Notes: a model not told the origin generated them from the letters alone. A stretch of DNA of 64,000 nt from Paramoeba atlantica (GCA_977017575.1 CDRNVI010000026.1:248001-312000); one strand, 5' to 3'; shown: positions 12,393-24,400, numbered from the stretch's first letter. Translations and numbers: made by a program.

Positions 12393-12721
12393 AACCCCGT
12401 TCCGGGTTAAAGTACCTGTAGCTCGCTATTGTACCGGGGGGTACAATAAGTGGAAACGCCTGGTTTTATTGTACCCGCAAAATTATTTCGCCTTTTTACA
12501 GATTTTCTTTTTAAAATTGATTACAATTTTACCTTTTCTACCAGCGAAGACATGAAAATAGAGAAGCGCTGGCGGCGCGAAGCGGCGCCAAATTATTTTT
12601 TGCACTATTTCGATTATTTTTCGGAATTGTACTTGTAGCAAGTACTATTGTACTTGTAGCTACGTATTGTACCTGTAGCTCGTTATTGTACCGGGGGGGT
12701 ACATTAACCCGGACGGGGGGT
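12393..12721. mobile_element. MITE (~330 bp), TA-flanked
   Basis: Termini AACCCCGTTCCGGGTTAAAGTACC and GGTACATTAACCCGGACGGGGGGT, TA on both sides, internal TATTGTAC(C/T)TGTAG repeats. Confidence 0.7.
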
Positions 12722-13287
12722 TATGTTGCGGACGGGTTTAAATATCGGCTACAACTTTACTATCAATCGAGTATTCACGTGAGAAACCGTTTGCGAACGC
12801 TCTACCCGCGCTCGTATTATCAGTAGCCACAAAGTCTCCCAGCTTTGTATTTGTGAGCTTTTAAGTTGCGTGACCTCTGATATCTTCGTATCCCGAACCC
12901 GCCTGCTGCTCGAAAGGAAGTAAACAAGCGACTTTCCGCTAAACAAATATATTCATTCTTCTACTCAAATATCTCTTTGAAGTAAATCTCAGTTCTATGA
13001 AGTTCAAAACAACGCATCCTGACTCGATTTTCGCAGTTCCTTTGATAGAAATACGCATTCTCGAAAATCGCGGAGTAAAAAAACTCCAACACTCTCACAA
13101 CGAGTCGAAAATAAGTGTTCCGAAAATAATAAATGGGATTGTACGTTCGCAGCAAAAAGAATGAAGTACTTCTGTATAATACCATTATAATAGTAATATT
13201 ATTAATATTATTAATAGTAGTAGTATAATAGTATAATACTATTATAATAATAGTAAAAGGATTTAGTTCTTTGTTTGCGTTAATTTC

Positions 13288-13926
13288 ATGTTTTCCTTGT
13301 TTTTCAAGACTGCAGACCTGGTGTCTCGACCAGCTAAAGTACGTGGCACTTTTTTGCCGCAAGAGTACATCTTATCACAATTTATCAGCCATATTGTCAC
13401 CTCTGAGGAATCTTGGACGGTGGAAACTTCAGCATGTGAATGGAAGTACGTAAAATGCAATTCTAAGAAAGAAGTCACTCATCTATATTGGAGTTCGAGC
13501 ATTTTTGATTCAGAGTGTCCCACGATCGAAGGCCAATTACTTTGGAAATTTATACCACACACGCTACTGTACCTTGGCACTTTCTGGCAATCCATAACAG
13601 GAACCGTGGAGCTATCATTACTCCCTCCACATATGGAAGAAATTCATGTCGGTTCCACAAAGTGCCATGGGAGTTTAGAACTCACAAATTTGCCATCTAC
13701 ATTGAAGGTAATGGATTTACAGGAAAATAACTTGACCGGACAGATCGATCTGACGTCACTTCCCGCATTGATCCGCGAAATTAACTTAAGCTTTAACTAT
13801 CTCCGTGGGACCGTAGACCTTACCAAACTTCCAGAGAGCTTAAAGGAACTGGATTTGTCATATAATCGTTTTAAAGTATCTGAATACGTACCAGACGTTG
13901 TGAATATTGAACATCAGGAGGTATAA
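13288..13926 (+). CDS. LRR protein, paralog 2 (LRR-a)
   Basis: SRPAKVRGTFLPQEYIL motif, W...TSACEWKYVKC cap, about 4 LRRs. Confidence 0.85.
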   Translation: MFSLFFKTADLVSRPAKVRGTFLPQEYILSQFISHIVTSEESWTVETSACEWKYVKCNSKKEVTHLYWSSSIFDSECPTIEGQLLWKFIPHTLLYLGTFWQSITGTVELSLLPPHMEEIHVGSTKCHGSLELTNLPSTLKVMDLQENNLTGQIDLTSLPALIREINLSFNYLRGTVDLTKLPESLKELDLSYNRFKVSEYVPDVVNIEHQEV

Positions 13927-14640
13927 AAAATCTTTCAAAACGAATAACAGTGTAACAAATAAAACGAAACAACATTTCAGTTAAACACATGCGGTGGCAT
14001 ACAAAAGTAAAAAGATGGCAAATAGGCAAGTTAACAGAGAAGTAAAAAACTTAAGTCGAAAAAAATTATTATCAAATTATTTCTACTGAAGATATTGATA
14101 AAGACTGCAGCTCTAGATACATTGCAGGAAGATAAAGACAAATTATTGTCCGTACTTCCACCTCTTTAACCTTTGCGAAAGAGTGCATCGGGTGAGTTTC
14201 CTCTTTTTTTTCCGAAAAAAACCATACGCAGTGAAAAGGGACTTTCCCCCCCAAAAAAGCTTAAAATTTCATGGTAGTTTTCGCTTCATAACTTCGAGTA
14301 TTATCTACCGTAAGTGAGTGATTAAAGGATTGTATTTTTGCTACTTACACGATTCTTATCAACTTTCTTTGCATAGGCTGCAAAACGTATGACCGCATCA
14401 AGTTTCGTAGTTCGGAACCTTGGATGACACGGTAATAGAAGACTACCGTATGATGTGAATCAGGGACAGCTCGTAATCCACTGTTGAAGAAATTTGAAAT
14501 CCTTTTCCGGACTCAGAACCGGAATAAAGCTCATAAATTTTCTTGTTTGGTACATTCTACTAAAGAAAATAAGAGGTTCAAAGTTTTTTGGGCGAAAAAA
14601 GTCCCCTTTGACCTTTGTATGCTTGTGCTCGCATCTGATA

Positions 14641-14659
14641 TTCCTTTTCTTTGATTTAG
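14641..14659 (+). promoter_or_regulatory. Candidate trans-splice acceptor (polypyrimidine tract + AG) for LRR-b
   Basis: TTCCTTTTCTTTGATTTAG, 37 nt upstream of the ATG and conserved in the duplicate at 24654-24672. Confidence 0.45.
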
Positions 14660-14695
14660 ATCGTCTCTCCCGCCTTTTTGTTTGTATTCGTGACT

Positions 14696-15328
14696 ATGCA
14701 TTGCACGTTTTTCAACGCCGCCGATGAGTTATCGCTACCCAACAAAGTACGCGGGGCGATCCTACCGGGCGAATACAGCCTGGTGCAACTCTTGAGTAAA
14801 GCAAAATTCTCAGAACCGTCCTGGAGTGTGCACACTCCAGCACGTCAGTGGGAGGGCGTAAAATGCAATGATGAGGATGAAATCACACACCTAAATTGGC
14901 TGGCGGATTTCTTCGATCCCACTTCTCTATCTATTAAAGGGGAACTTCTTTGGCAGCACCTGCCCCGTACATTGGTGCATTTTTGCGCGATGTGTCAAGG
15001 GATATCGGGACCGGTAGACTTGTCGTCGTTGCCTCCTGCGTTAATCGAATTCAACATCGATATGAATAAGTGTGACGGATCGTTGGACTTAACTAATTTG
15101 CCCCATAGACTTGAGATACTCAGTTTAGCGTTCAATCTGTTTTCTGGGGAGATCGATCTGACACGTCTGCCCGCATCAATCGGTGAGTTAAAGTTGACTG
15201 GCAATGCCTTATGTGGGGATATAGATTTGACCAAACTTCCTGCGAGCTTGTCGGTGTTAGAACTCTTAGGAAATCGCATTAATCGTCCTAAACATGTCCC
15301 CAAATTTGTTAATATAGGAAGTCGTTGA
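14696..15328 (+). CDS. LRR protein, paralog 3 (LRR-b copy 1)
   Basis: KVRGAILPGEYSL motif. About 87% amino-acid identity to 24709-25341. Confidence 0.85.
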   Translation: MHCTFFNAADELSLPNKVRGAILPGEYSLVQLLSKAKFSEPSWSVHTPARQWEGVKCNDEDEITHLNWLADFFDPTSLSIKGELLWQHLPRTLVHFCAMCQGISGPVDLSSLPPALIEFNIDMNKCDGSLDLTNLPHRLEILSLAFNLFSGEIDLTRLPASIGELKLTGNALCGDIDLTKLPASLSVLELLGNRINRPKHVPKFVNIGSR

Positions 15329-15658
15329 CCCAAAGTACTAAAGTAATTCCTCATTTGAAGGCTGTCGAAGAGATGCTAGTCGTCGAAGGAAGCGTTTTCA
15401 ATAAAGTAAAAATTGATTAATATTGTTTTAAGGTCTGTTATTAGGCTTCTTCATGACTTTGTACAAATCACTGAGAATCACGTATTGACACGTAACACAT
15501 GGAAAACTGACGAGTGCGCTCTTACCTTCCGATTTAATTCTTACTTTCCACAACGAAGCATACGAATACAACTTTGGTGCCCCAGCCTTCATTTTTTCTC
15601 AACCTATTTCCTCTTTTTTTTCACTATATACGCTCGTTGTCTCTCCCATGCTATCCAC

Positions 15659-15807
15659 ATGGCACGCACCGTAAAGTACTTTTACCGCACCCGGGCCCGG
15701 GCCTTCTTTGGTCGTCTCCCCCTGGGGCGTATTGAGCGGGCGCTCGCGATGGAGTACTGCAAGGAGGGCCGCATGCAGCCATGGAGCTACTCGAAGGAAC
15801 AGGTCCT
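15659..15807 (+). pseudogene. Truncated duplicate of the bL19m-like gene (first 49 codons)
   Basis: Protein-identical to 25876-26024 up to SKEQVL, then joined to Tc1-like sequence. Confidence 0.85.
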
Positions 15808-16430
15808 TCCGGTGCGAACGAAAAAAACTGGCCATGCCACTCTTCATAAGCCAGTAAAATCTGTTCGGAGTTAAGAGAAGCATCCTGTTCTCCCTCAAAG
15901 ATGAAGTAGAACAGACCGTAGTTATAAAAATACCCCATCCACACCATTATCCCCCTCCACCCAAAATGTTTTCTCCGCCGGTCCGATTGCCTCAGACGAG
16001 GTTTGCGACGACGTAAAAGTCGGCGTTTGACCCCGCACAGCAACTGAACAGTTCTTCGTCGGGAAAAACAATGTTCAGGTAGTCAGCGTCACTCCACGTA
16101 TGCATGTCCTTCACATACTTAAGACGGAGTTGAATGTGACGCGGTTTGAGACCAAGGTCTTTGGCCTTGCGAAGGCGCCCATAGCCCCTAAAATTATGAG
16201 CTCGCCGGACACTACTCAGGGAGCCTCCGTGATTGCTTCGCACCTCGCGATGCACGACAGAGAACGTAGGACAACCCTCCACGGTATCCTTCGACACTCT
16301 CCGGCACGCAGAAACACATACTTCAACGTACCTTTGTGTAAGGACCGTACGCGCCCCCTCGCGAGGTGGAGTACTGACATGCCCGTGCTCCTCATACTTA
16401 CGCACCCAATACTTTACAGTCCTGCGGCCA
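15808..16430 (-). mobile_element. Tc1/IS630-like transposase fragment (pseudogene) at the duplication junction
   Basis: RRTVKYWVRKYEEHGHVSTPPREGAR (HTH), LKPRHIQLRLKYVKDMHTWSDADYLNIVFPDEELF (W..V.FSDE motif), then MVWMGYFY in another frame. Confidence 0.75.
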
Positions 16431-17200
16431 AGGAATCTTGGACTGTGGAAACTCCAGCATGTGAATGGAAGTACGTAAAATGCAATTCTAAGAGAGAAGT
16501 CGCTCATCTATATTGGGGTTCGAGCATTTTTGAATCAGAGTGTCCCACGATCGAAGGCCAATTACTTTGGAAATTTATACCACACACGCTACTGTACCTT
16601 GGCACTTTCTGGCAATCCATAACAGGAACCGTGGAGCTATCATTACTCCCTCCACATATGGACTCTTCACCCCTCCCCGGCTCGCTCTCTTCGAGTGAGC
16701 TTTCTTCCCTCCCCGGTTCTCTCCTTCTCGTGCTTTCTTCTCCCGGGAGCTATGCGCCATGGTGGCGTCCCTTGAGGACCACTGGACGTGCTACAGCGGG
16801 AGGACACGTTGTATGCGTGTATAGGGGATGCGAACTTGCACCCCTCTCTCCCTACATGCTGTAGCGAGTGCGGCGGTAACGGACCTCCCCATGATGCATC
16901 ATGATCCACGATAGACCATCTGACAGCATGAACCCACGGCTTGACCGTGTTGCAGCATGAACCATGGCTATACGTGCTGTAGCATGACCGATGGGCGACT
17001 CGTCTCCTACCTCGCACTCCACTCTCTGTGTGACACCCGTCGTATGCGGGTCATGCGCCGATGGTATCGGCCGTCACACAGAGAGACGTATCTCTGCGCC
17101 ACGAGCGTATGATATCATGCATGTAAGGGGGGGTCACAGCAATCGTTTTGAAATATCTGAACACGTACCAGACGTTGTGAATATTGAGCATCAGGATGTA
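16431..17200 (+). pseudogene. Disrupted duplicate of LRR-a (paralog 4)
   Basis: 16431-16662 matches ~13406-13637 and 17141-17200 matches ~13863-13922. The 5' end and the middle are replaced by transposon sequence. Confidence 0.85.
16663..17139 (-). mobile_element. Terminal fragment of a CTGTG-family TIR element inserted in the LRR-a copy
   Basis: Minus strand starts CTGTGACCCCCCCTT at a site that is TA in the intact paralog. It contains a 13-bp hairpin (CTCTCTGTGTGAC/GTCACACAGAGAG) and an ORF start MAHSSREKKAREGENRGG. Confidence 0.5.
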
Positions 17201-17510
17201 AAAAAAAAACTCTCAAAGCGAACTACTCCCCCTGTCATTGATAATGATAATCTTAAAAAGAATATCATTCTACACACCCTGGATTCAATTTGTAGTAATT
17301 TACTACAAATCAACTACTAATCAACTAGTACTATAACTACTACTACTACTATAACTATAGCTACTACTACAAATCAACTACTATCAATTGTACAAATTGA
17401 TACACATTACTACATTTTTATCTCAATACATTTACATTTTTTTAAGAAATTTTTTTTTTTTTTTGCTTCTACCTTAAAAAGAACGATTTTTAAGAGGGTT
17501 GAAACATCCC

Positions 17511-17610
17511 CAGCCGCACCCACCCGCACCCACCCGCACCCACCCGCACCCACCCGCACCCACCCGCACCCACCCGCACCCACCCGCACCCACCCGCACC
17601 CACCCGCACC
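17511..17610. repeat. Tandem decamer repeat (CACCCGCACC)x10
   Basis: Read directly from the sequence. Confidence 0.95.
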
Positions 17611-18239
17611 CAGTGCATCTTCAACGGCAAAGACTTAGCGAAATTTGGGAGATCCAAAAGGAACACGTTCGGGGTACTACTCCCCGAGAGGGATGACTTT
17701 TTTTCAGTCAATTTCAAAGTACGAGTGCTTCACCATACGCGTTTTTTTTGCAGAATGCAACCCAAAAGAAAGTGCCAGTTGTGCAGACTAAAAACCTTTC
17801 ACAAAATGAACTTTATGTCCTTATGTTGACATAAAAAATTTAAGAAAATAATTTGGCGTTGTCCTTTTTTTCCCGCGCAAGATCCTTCTTTCTCTGCTTT
17901 GCCGGCGGGGACTACGGCAGAGTCGACGGCGGTGTTCGCGGTGACCGCGAGGGTGGTGGAGGGGGCTGCGGTGGGGTCGACGGGTACGACGGCAACGGTG
18001 GTGATCGTGGAGACCGGGGGGGGAAGGACTGCTGCGAGGGTGGGGCGCTCGTCGGCGGGGAACTCGGATTTGGCACTGTTTTCTTTTTCGGCCGGGTGTG
18101 GGGGAGGGTCAAAATCTCAGGAGCTACTCCTGTTTCTTTCGCCTTGGAGCGTGTGACCACTCCCATGAAAAGTGAGAATAAGAAAAAAGAAGACAACAAG
18201 GTTTAGTTCTTGCAGGAGGATTTTTTTTGTCAAAATTAA

Positions 18240-18761
18240 TCTGAAGAAATACTGACAATATCAGGACCAGACGCTATACAAATGAAAATTGATTCCAGAA
18301 TATTAGCTGGCCATGTGGCCCGCATGGGGCCAGACAGAATGCCCAACAAGACACTTTTCGACCAAAGAAGAAACGGCAATAAATGTGCATACAAAAAAAT
18401 GTTGCACAAATCCTTATTAAGAGTTGGAATAAATGAAGCAGAATGGAAAAGGACAGCACAAGACAAAGCAAGTGGAACCAACGAATCACAGAGTACAAAG
18501 ATGAAAGCAAACTGAAAAAGAGGCCGAAGAAATTATTCAGAAACAATAAGGGCCAATCATAAAAATATACTGCATTCTACTGCGCGATTGAAAATATTTA
18601 ATTGTTGGATTCCTTCACGGGAAAACTTCTCCTCTCCAAGTGGAGCGCCAGTCACAGCTTGCTGTGGCTGACTTCGACCGATTTATCGGACCTCCCCACT
18701 TGGAGAGTCGAGGGGGCATAACTCTTCGGAGTCAAACGGCCCATCCCAACAACAACTACAA
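18240..18761 (+). mobile_element. RTE-like LINE 3' fragment
   Basis: LAGHVARMGPDRMPNKTLF...GINEAEWKRTAQDK matches the RTE C-terminal GHV.RM / LP...LF / W...A.DR pattern. The 3'UTR has a hairpin (CTCTCCAAGTGG/CCACTTGGAGAG) and an AACAACAACTACAA tail. Confidence 0.65.
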
Positions 18762-19185
18762 TTGAAGTTGATTACAGGGGTATTTGCCTAATACTAAAAT
18801 CTGTATTAACATTCCTTAGCGAGTAAGGAGTGTACGTACGATTTGCAGAGTACATGCGAGTACGTACTCGCATGTACTCGCTAAAAATATATTTTGATGT
18901 CGATATTTTTTTATACGTATAATAATTACTTTTTTATAATTACATACTATGATTTTTTTATATACTGTGCCCTCCCCACTTACTTATTTGTCACCACTTT
19001 TTCGGAAAAAGGACAATTAAGTGGGGGGGTCAATTTATTTGGTTAGATGAAACAAAGGTCCCAAACTTTTTTCATTATTTTAGGAATCTCCAAAGCGTTC
19101 GGATAATGTTGGCTTTACAGAAACGGTATCTTTATCGTATGAGTAGTTTTTCTACCTTTCTCGTAGTGTACTACTACTCGTAGTG

Positions 19186-19221
<36 letters not shown>

Positions 19222-19439
19222 CAACTCCGTCCCAAAATTTTGAAACCATTCTATAGAGAGCACCGTGTCTTTGTTTTTTGTTCTGTAAAAAGCTAAGTTT
19301 ATGGGAATACCACAAGAGGACCGGAAAAATAGTTTAAATTGACGTACGTTAACGTTTGAAAAAATCGTTTTTGCTGAACTAAATTTGTTTGACATACGCT
19401 TTTTACAAAACTTGATTAACAAATACTTTTTTTTATACG

Positions 19440-20336
19440 ATGTCCATGTCACACATATCTCCCAGGGCGCATGGGAGCTCTGATAGCATGAGCTCAGGTT
19501 ACACGAGCTCGGAGTACACGAGTTCGGAGGCAACTTCGGAGAGCAATTCCAAAAATTCAACAGTTTGCCGATCAGGCTCTTCTGACGTTTCATCATTGTC
19601 TTCGCACTCACCGGAGTACGCAAGCTCTGATTCAGAGGATGATCCGAACTGGGATCCAGAAGATGAGTCAACAGACTCGGAAATAACGGACTCTGAGTTT
19701 GATTTTTTTGAAGAAGAGACTCTTTTCAAAATAAATCAAGAAATACAGGGGTCTGTCCAAGATGATAATCATCTTTATCCAGTTCCTCCGAATTTCGTGC
19801 AACCTAAAAAATGCTTTGACATCCGGCTTATCGAAGCAGCAGAAGGCCTATGCCAAATGTTTCGACCTCAGTCCTCCAATCCACGAACTTCCCACCCCCA
19901 TCCCTCTGATGATCCACCTATTGACCCGCAGCTCCCTGATGTTCCATCTATTGACCCTCAGCCCTCTGATGTTCCATCTATTGACCCTCGGCCCTCTGAT
20001 GTTCCACCTATTGACTCTCAATCCTCTGATGTTCCACCTATTGACTCTCAACCCTCTGATGTTCCACCTATTGACTCTCAACCCTCTGATGTTCCACCTA
20101 TTGACTCTCAACCCTCTGATGTTCCACCTATTGACTCTCAACCCTCTGATGTTCCACCTAATGACCCTCAGGCCCCTGATGTTCCACCTATTGACCCTCA
20201 GACCTCTGATCCACAACCTGATATTCGCAGCGCCCGTAGTAGTACTAGTAGTAGTAGTAGTAGTAGTAACTTTGAATTGCTTAATTTGGAAGTAATTAAA
20301 CGTAGTAATACGTATTGCCCAGTAACATTGATATAG
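19440..20336 (+). CDS. Ser/acidic-rich ORF with ~10 tandem DVPPIDSQPS repeats, inside the nested element
   Basis: 298-aa ORF with a 30-bp tandem unit GATGTTCCACCTATTGACTCTCAACCCTCT at ~19902-20220. Confidence 0.5.
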   Translation: MSMSHISPRAHGSSDSMSSGYTSSEYTSSEATSESNSKNSTVCRSGSSDVSSLSSHSPEYASSDSEDDPNWDPEDESTDSEITDSEFDFFEEETLFKINQEIQGSVQDDNHLYPVPPNFVQPKKCFDIRLIEAAEGLCQMFRPQSSNPRTSHPHPSDDPPIDPQLPDVPSIDPQPSDVPSIDPRPSDVPPIDSQSSDVPPIDSQPSDVPPIDSQPSDVPPIDSQPSDVPPIDSQPSDVPPNDPQAPDVPPIDPQTSDPQPDIRSARSSTSSSSSSSNFELLNLEVIKRSNTYCPVTLI

Positions 20337-20675
20337 CATCGCCCAGTACCATTGTATACATGCCCTGGTTACTCCTGTTTTTTCAGAAATCAGAAAACCC
20401 ATTGCTTGCTAATATTCCAACGAAATAGAACATCCTTGTCTGATACCTTAAACAAAACACGATACAAGTTGTTTACTACATGTATAGCACAAGTGTTTTC
20501 GCCGGGACTTGCCACTTTTCTTATCTCATAAGCTTCGGGGGGCACGTTGAGATGCTTGCTCATACGCTCTTTGAAGTTTATGATGTTGTCATGATATGAC
20601 TCAGATGCATATCCGACAAAACTATCGTACACGTACATCACGCACCTTGGATATAAACAAGAATGAAATGATATG

Positions 20676-22457
20676 CATAGTTTGGACTAGTAAACTAGTA
20701 ATTACTAAAAGTAGTAAACAGGCTAGTAATTACTAAAGTTACTACTTTTTTGGTCACGTACTTTTGGTCAGATTTAGGTAACATGTTAAGCTTTGGAAGA
20801 GCTCTACTTTACAGAAACGGTATCTTTATCGTTGTGGAGACTGAATATCACCATCCTCCATTCATCTGAATATCTCAATACTATTCTCAACATTAATATC
20901 TCAATATTAATGTGTACTACAAAACATACTCCAAAACGTACGCTCGGATAAATAAACTGATATCAATTTTTAAACTTAGTTCACATGGGGGAAAACAAAG
21001 CGATTGAATAGAGCCCACGGAAAAAATCCACATGAAAACAGAAGCAAAACTCGTAAGCACAATCGAGTACATAATTTAAATTTCTCCAGCTCCGAAAATG
21101 ACATGCTCGCCCAAGTTCAAAGTCCGTCCTGCATATCTCGCACAATGATGCAAAAAGAAAAAATGATGATAATTCAAAATCGAGGGTTCGCCCAAGTTCG
21201 AAATCCTTCGTACAGTTCACGCACAATAGAGTAATACACTTCTTGTAAGGCACTTTTCTCCCCGTGAATACGCTTCAACTTGGAGTCTAATTCTTTGCGA
21301 GCTACATGGTTAACAGGAGCCCCATCTACCATGAGGTAACGTAACTTCATCAGATTTTCATCCGATATGCAGGAGCGCAGTGTCGTAATCAAGGCTTCGG
21401 ACATTTCAATGCCATTGTAGCCTTTGTGCTTGGGGTGGTAAATCGGGGGCAGTACGAAATGCTTACGACCAACGTACAAAATCGCAATCAGGACATGCTC
21501 ATGTAATACGGCATCAACCCCGCCATCCACTGCCATGCCAAAAAACGTTGCTCGATCAAGCTGTTCATTGACCAAGGCCCACACCTTGTCGGCGACGCGG
21601 CGTTCGTAGCGGTGAAACACCTTCGCACTAGGTGTTGCGTCGATGACATCCTTTGAATATATTTTTGAAGGGCGGAGCGCTTCATATTCTGCAACGAACT
21701 TAAGGAAAGCATCCGTCGACAGACTATGTTTCGCGGCAAGACGTGGCCAATCAATTCGTACAAACTGCTGGACTTGGGCTTTCTGTGATTCCGCATCTAC
21801 TTGTGCGTCGGTGTCGCTGATTGCGCCTGTGCAAGTCTTTGAGAGCTTCAATCCTACTGTGTGTTATAAAAGAGCATTGCGTACATTTCACGTGTCTAGC
21901 GTGGCCCATGCTGTCGCATTTAATGGTGTTGACGGGGTTTTCGGCATTTTTTACGGCCCAGGCTTCACATCCTTTTCCAGCGCTGAAGTCACATCTCTCA
22001 TAAACCAAGATGTTTTGATTTCTGAGAGAACCGAACGATAGGGGGTCATTTCCAGTATTGCTTCTTCCTCTACGAGGGCGAGGAGAATCCTGGATCAACG
22101 CATTTTCCGCGTTAACCGCTATTTGTGTTGGAGTTGTTTCTAGTCGCTTCATTACGGCAGCCGCGTTTTCTCGATGGGCTTGCGCAGTGGCGTTCCTGCG
22201 TCTTCGAGTGTCCGGGGGAGAAGGGTACTCGATCGGACTTTTCATTTATGTGAAAAAGTGCTGGAGCCTAAAATAAGTTTAGAACGTCAAATAATGAGGA
22301 TGTCACGTACATTCTATTTTCTTCGCACTAAATTATTTAATACAATGTATATTTAAAATATACATTGTATGCAAAATTTACGTGTGGGAAAAAAGTAGTA
22401 ATTACTACTTTTTAAGTAGTAACTTTAGTAATTACTAATTTACTAGTCTAAGCTATG
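20676..22457 (-). mobile_element. Internally deleted hAT-like element with frameshifted transposase
   Basis: TIR CATAGTTTGGACTAGTAAA / TTTACTAGTCTAAGCTATG with flanking (T/G)GATATGC duplication. ORF 22245-21174 has KCTQCSFITH (Zn-finger-like), FFGMAVDGGVD and YLMVDGAPVN (hAT D..D motifs), with a frameshift near 21800. Confidence 0.7.
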
Positions 22458-22480
22458 GATATGCGTAGTAGAGGCATGCA

Positions 22481-22683
22481 AAAATGCCGGCGTTGGTAAT
22501 ACCTTCTCAGGATAATAGCAACGCCACGTTTTCTCAGCCTCGGAAATGGAGCTTGCTTGCCTGAAATGATGCCAGTCTGACCTCTTTCCCTTTCTCTTTT
22601 TTTTTGTTATATTCATCATTTCGAGGCTGAGAAAACGTGGCGTTGCTATTATCCTGAGAAGGTACTACCAACGCCGGCATTTT
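22481..22683. repeat. Foldback element with ~68-bp arms
   Basis: 22481-22548 versus 22617-22683 reverse complement: one substitution and one indel. Confidence 0.85.
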
Positions 22684-22821
22684 CACAGCCTTCGTAGGCA
22701 CATTGATACCGGGACCAAGCCCATGTTGCTAAGATTAACATGAAGGAGGCAAGCATTAAGTGCCCCTCTCCTCCTGACCAAAAAAGGGAAATTCTTACTT
22801 TTCCCAGTATTCCTGGGAAAA

Positions 22822-22937
22822 CAACTAACCCGAGGGATGACCCTCCCAGCACTCCTGAGGATGACCCCAACTAACCTGAGGGATAACCCCCCGAGTACTC
22901 CTGGGGAAGACCCCAACTAACCTGAGGGATGACCCTT
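22822..22937. repeat. Tandem ~46-bp repeat x2.5
   Basis: The unit AACTAACC(C/T)GAGGGAT(G/A)ACCC... recurs three times. Confidence 0.8.
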
Positions 22938-23419
22938 CGCCTACCGCCTCACACTTCGTCGAGGAAACAACGACGCCGGGCTTGGGTACTCGCTGTACTC
23001 GGTTAAGGTATGTATTAACTCGAAAACATTTGCCCGGACAGAAATATGTGCTAAAAAACCAAAAATCCGCCGCAAGCGAATTTCTGCTTCTTTAGTAAAT
23101 TTGTTATGTCTTTTTCTCTGAAGTTTATGTTCTGTTTTCTTGAGTTTCATTTGAAAAAATGCACTGCCACTGTCATCCCACTGATGGTGTAGACGTCGAC
23201 AAACTAGTTCTCCGAAAGCTTTTGATACCTTCAACACGGGTAACCCGACTTACCCCTTTAGGTATGAATCTTAGGAAATACGTGATTTTGATATTAACCC
23301 GCCGACACTTTAATATTAAACTTTTTGGGATGGACACTTTAATATCAAAATTGCCAGCTTAATATCAAACTTTGATTTTGATATTGGAGTGACCCCCGGT
23401 TTATGTCAGATTGGACAAA

Positions 23420-23880
23420 GCATTCGCTGTCATGAATCCGACCCTCGAAACGTCCACACCAGGCCAAAGGTCAACCGTCCATCATGAGAAGAACTTGAAA
23501 AGTCCAATACTTCGCGGCCTTTTTCGCGTTATATAATACACTGGGCCCACGGCTGTACATGGGGACGCCGTCGAGTATGCTTAACACCATGTAAAAAGCT
23601 TTTTCTCCGATAGAAAATCTTCTCTGTGTCGGCCAGATTGCCAGCCTCATCAGAAAGCTTCAAGGCCGGCTGAATAATTTTTTTCCATATATGGGGTGGT
23701 GAATAATGGCCCCCCACAGAAGGAATGAGAGCAGCCGCTGCTTGTTCATGGGTCAGATTCATATGGAGCATTGCCAGAGCGCAGAACACGTCAAGCGTGG
23801 GGCTTAAAGATTTTGCAATGAGGACGATACCCTCGAGAAGGATTTCTTCGTCCAGTGTAACATCACACAGAGTGTTGTGA
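23420..23880 (-). mobile_element. PIF/Harbinger-like transposase fragment, homologous to 37719-38835
   Basis: HMNLTHEQAAAAL..YSPPHIWKKIIQPALKLSDEAGNLADTEK and KYWTFQVLLMMDG align with HLNLTHAQASVVL..YLSPTWVWKKNVLPVLKASDRVGNLARTER and KYWSFQVLIMMDG. Confidence 0.7.
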
Positions 23881-24217
23881 ATACTGGGAATTGAAGAAGC
23901 GGTGAGCTGATGATGGCGGTTGTTTATTATTTATATTTTACGTTATTCACCCCATGACAAGTTTACAAGGTGCGCGAAGTCTATTTACTGAGATCTGCAA
24001 AATGCCAAAGGAATTAGCTGAAACGGAGCTACCCTACTGATTTTTGAGGGGTGCCTTATCGTGTCGAAGTATTTATACGTCACACCATACTACGGCAAAA
24101 GATGTAGTAATGCTCAGTTCAAATGTGGTAATTTACTACACCAATTACTCATGTAGTAAATTACTACAAATTGAATCCAGGGTGTGATTCTATGTGGTGA
24201 AGACTCTTAAAAAATTA

Positions 24218-24400
24218 TATAGTCCTCGCGCATTTGGTCACAAGCTATAAAAGGGGTCTTTCGTGCTGCGAGAATTTTACACCGATACCCCAATGAAGCC
24301 TTCAGACGCTTGAAGCTCAATCCAAAGCTTCATACATAGATCGGTAGGGTTCAAGGCCCTTTCATCAGTAGGGTTCAAGATGCCTTTCTTTCCGGAGATT
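24218..24400. repeat. ~180-bp segment nearly identical to 30141-30325
   Basis: Direct alignment by eye with only a few substitutions. Confidence 0.85.

Noticed and set aside
14361-14375. 15-bp match AACTTTCTTTGCATA to the snoRNA-adjacent block
   Set aside because: The length is within chance expectation for an AT-rich 64-kb window and the flanks do not align.
19902-20220. CRISPR-like array of 30-bp repeats
   Set aside because: The units are contiguous with no unique spacers, encode an in-frame peptide repeat, and no cas genes are present.
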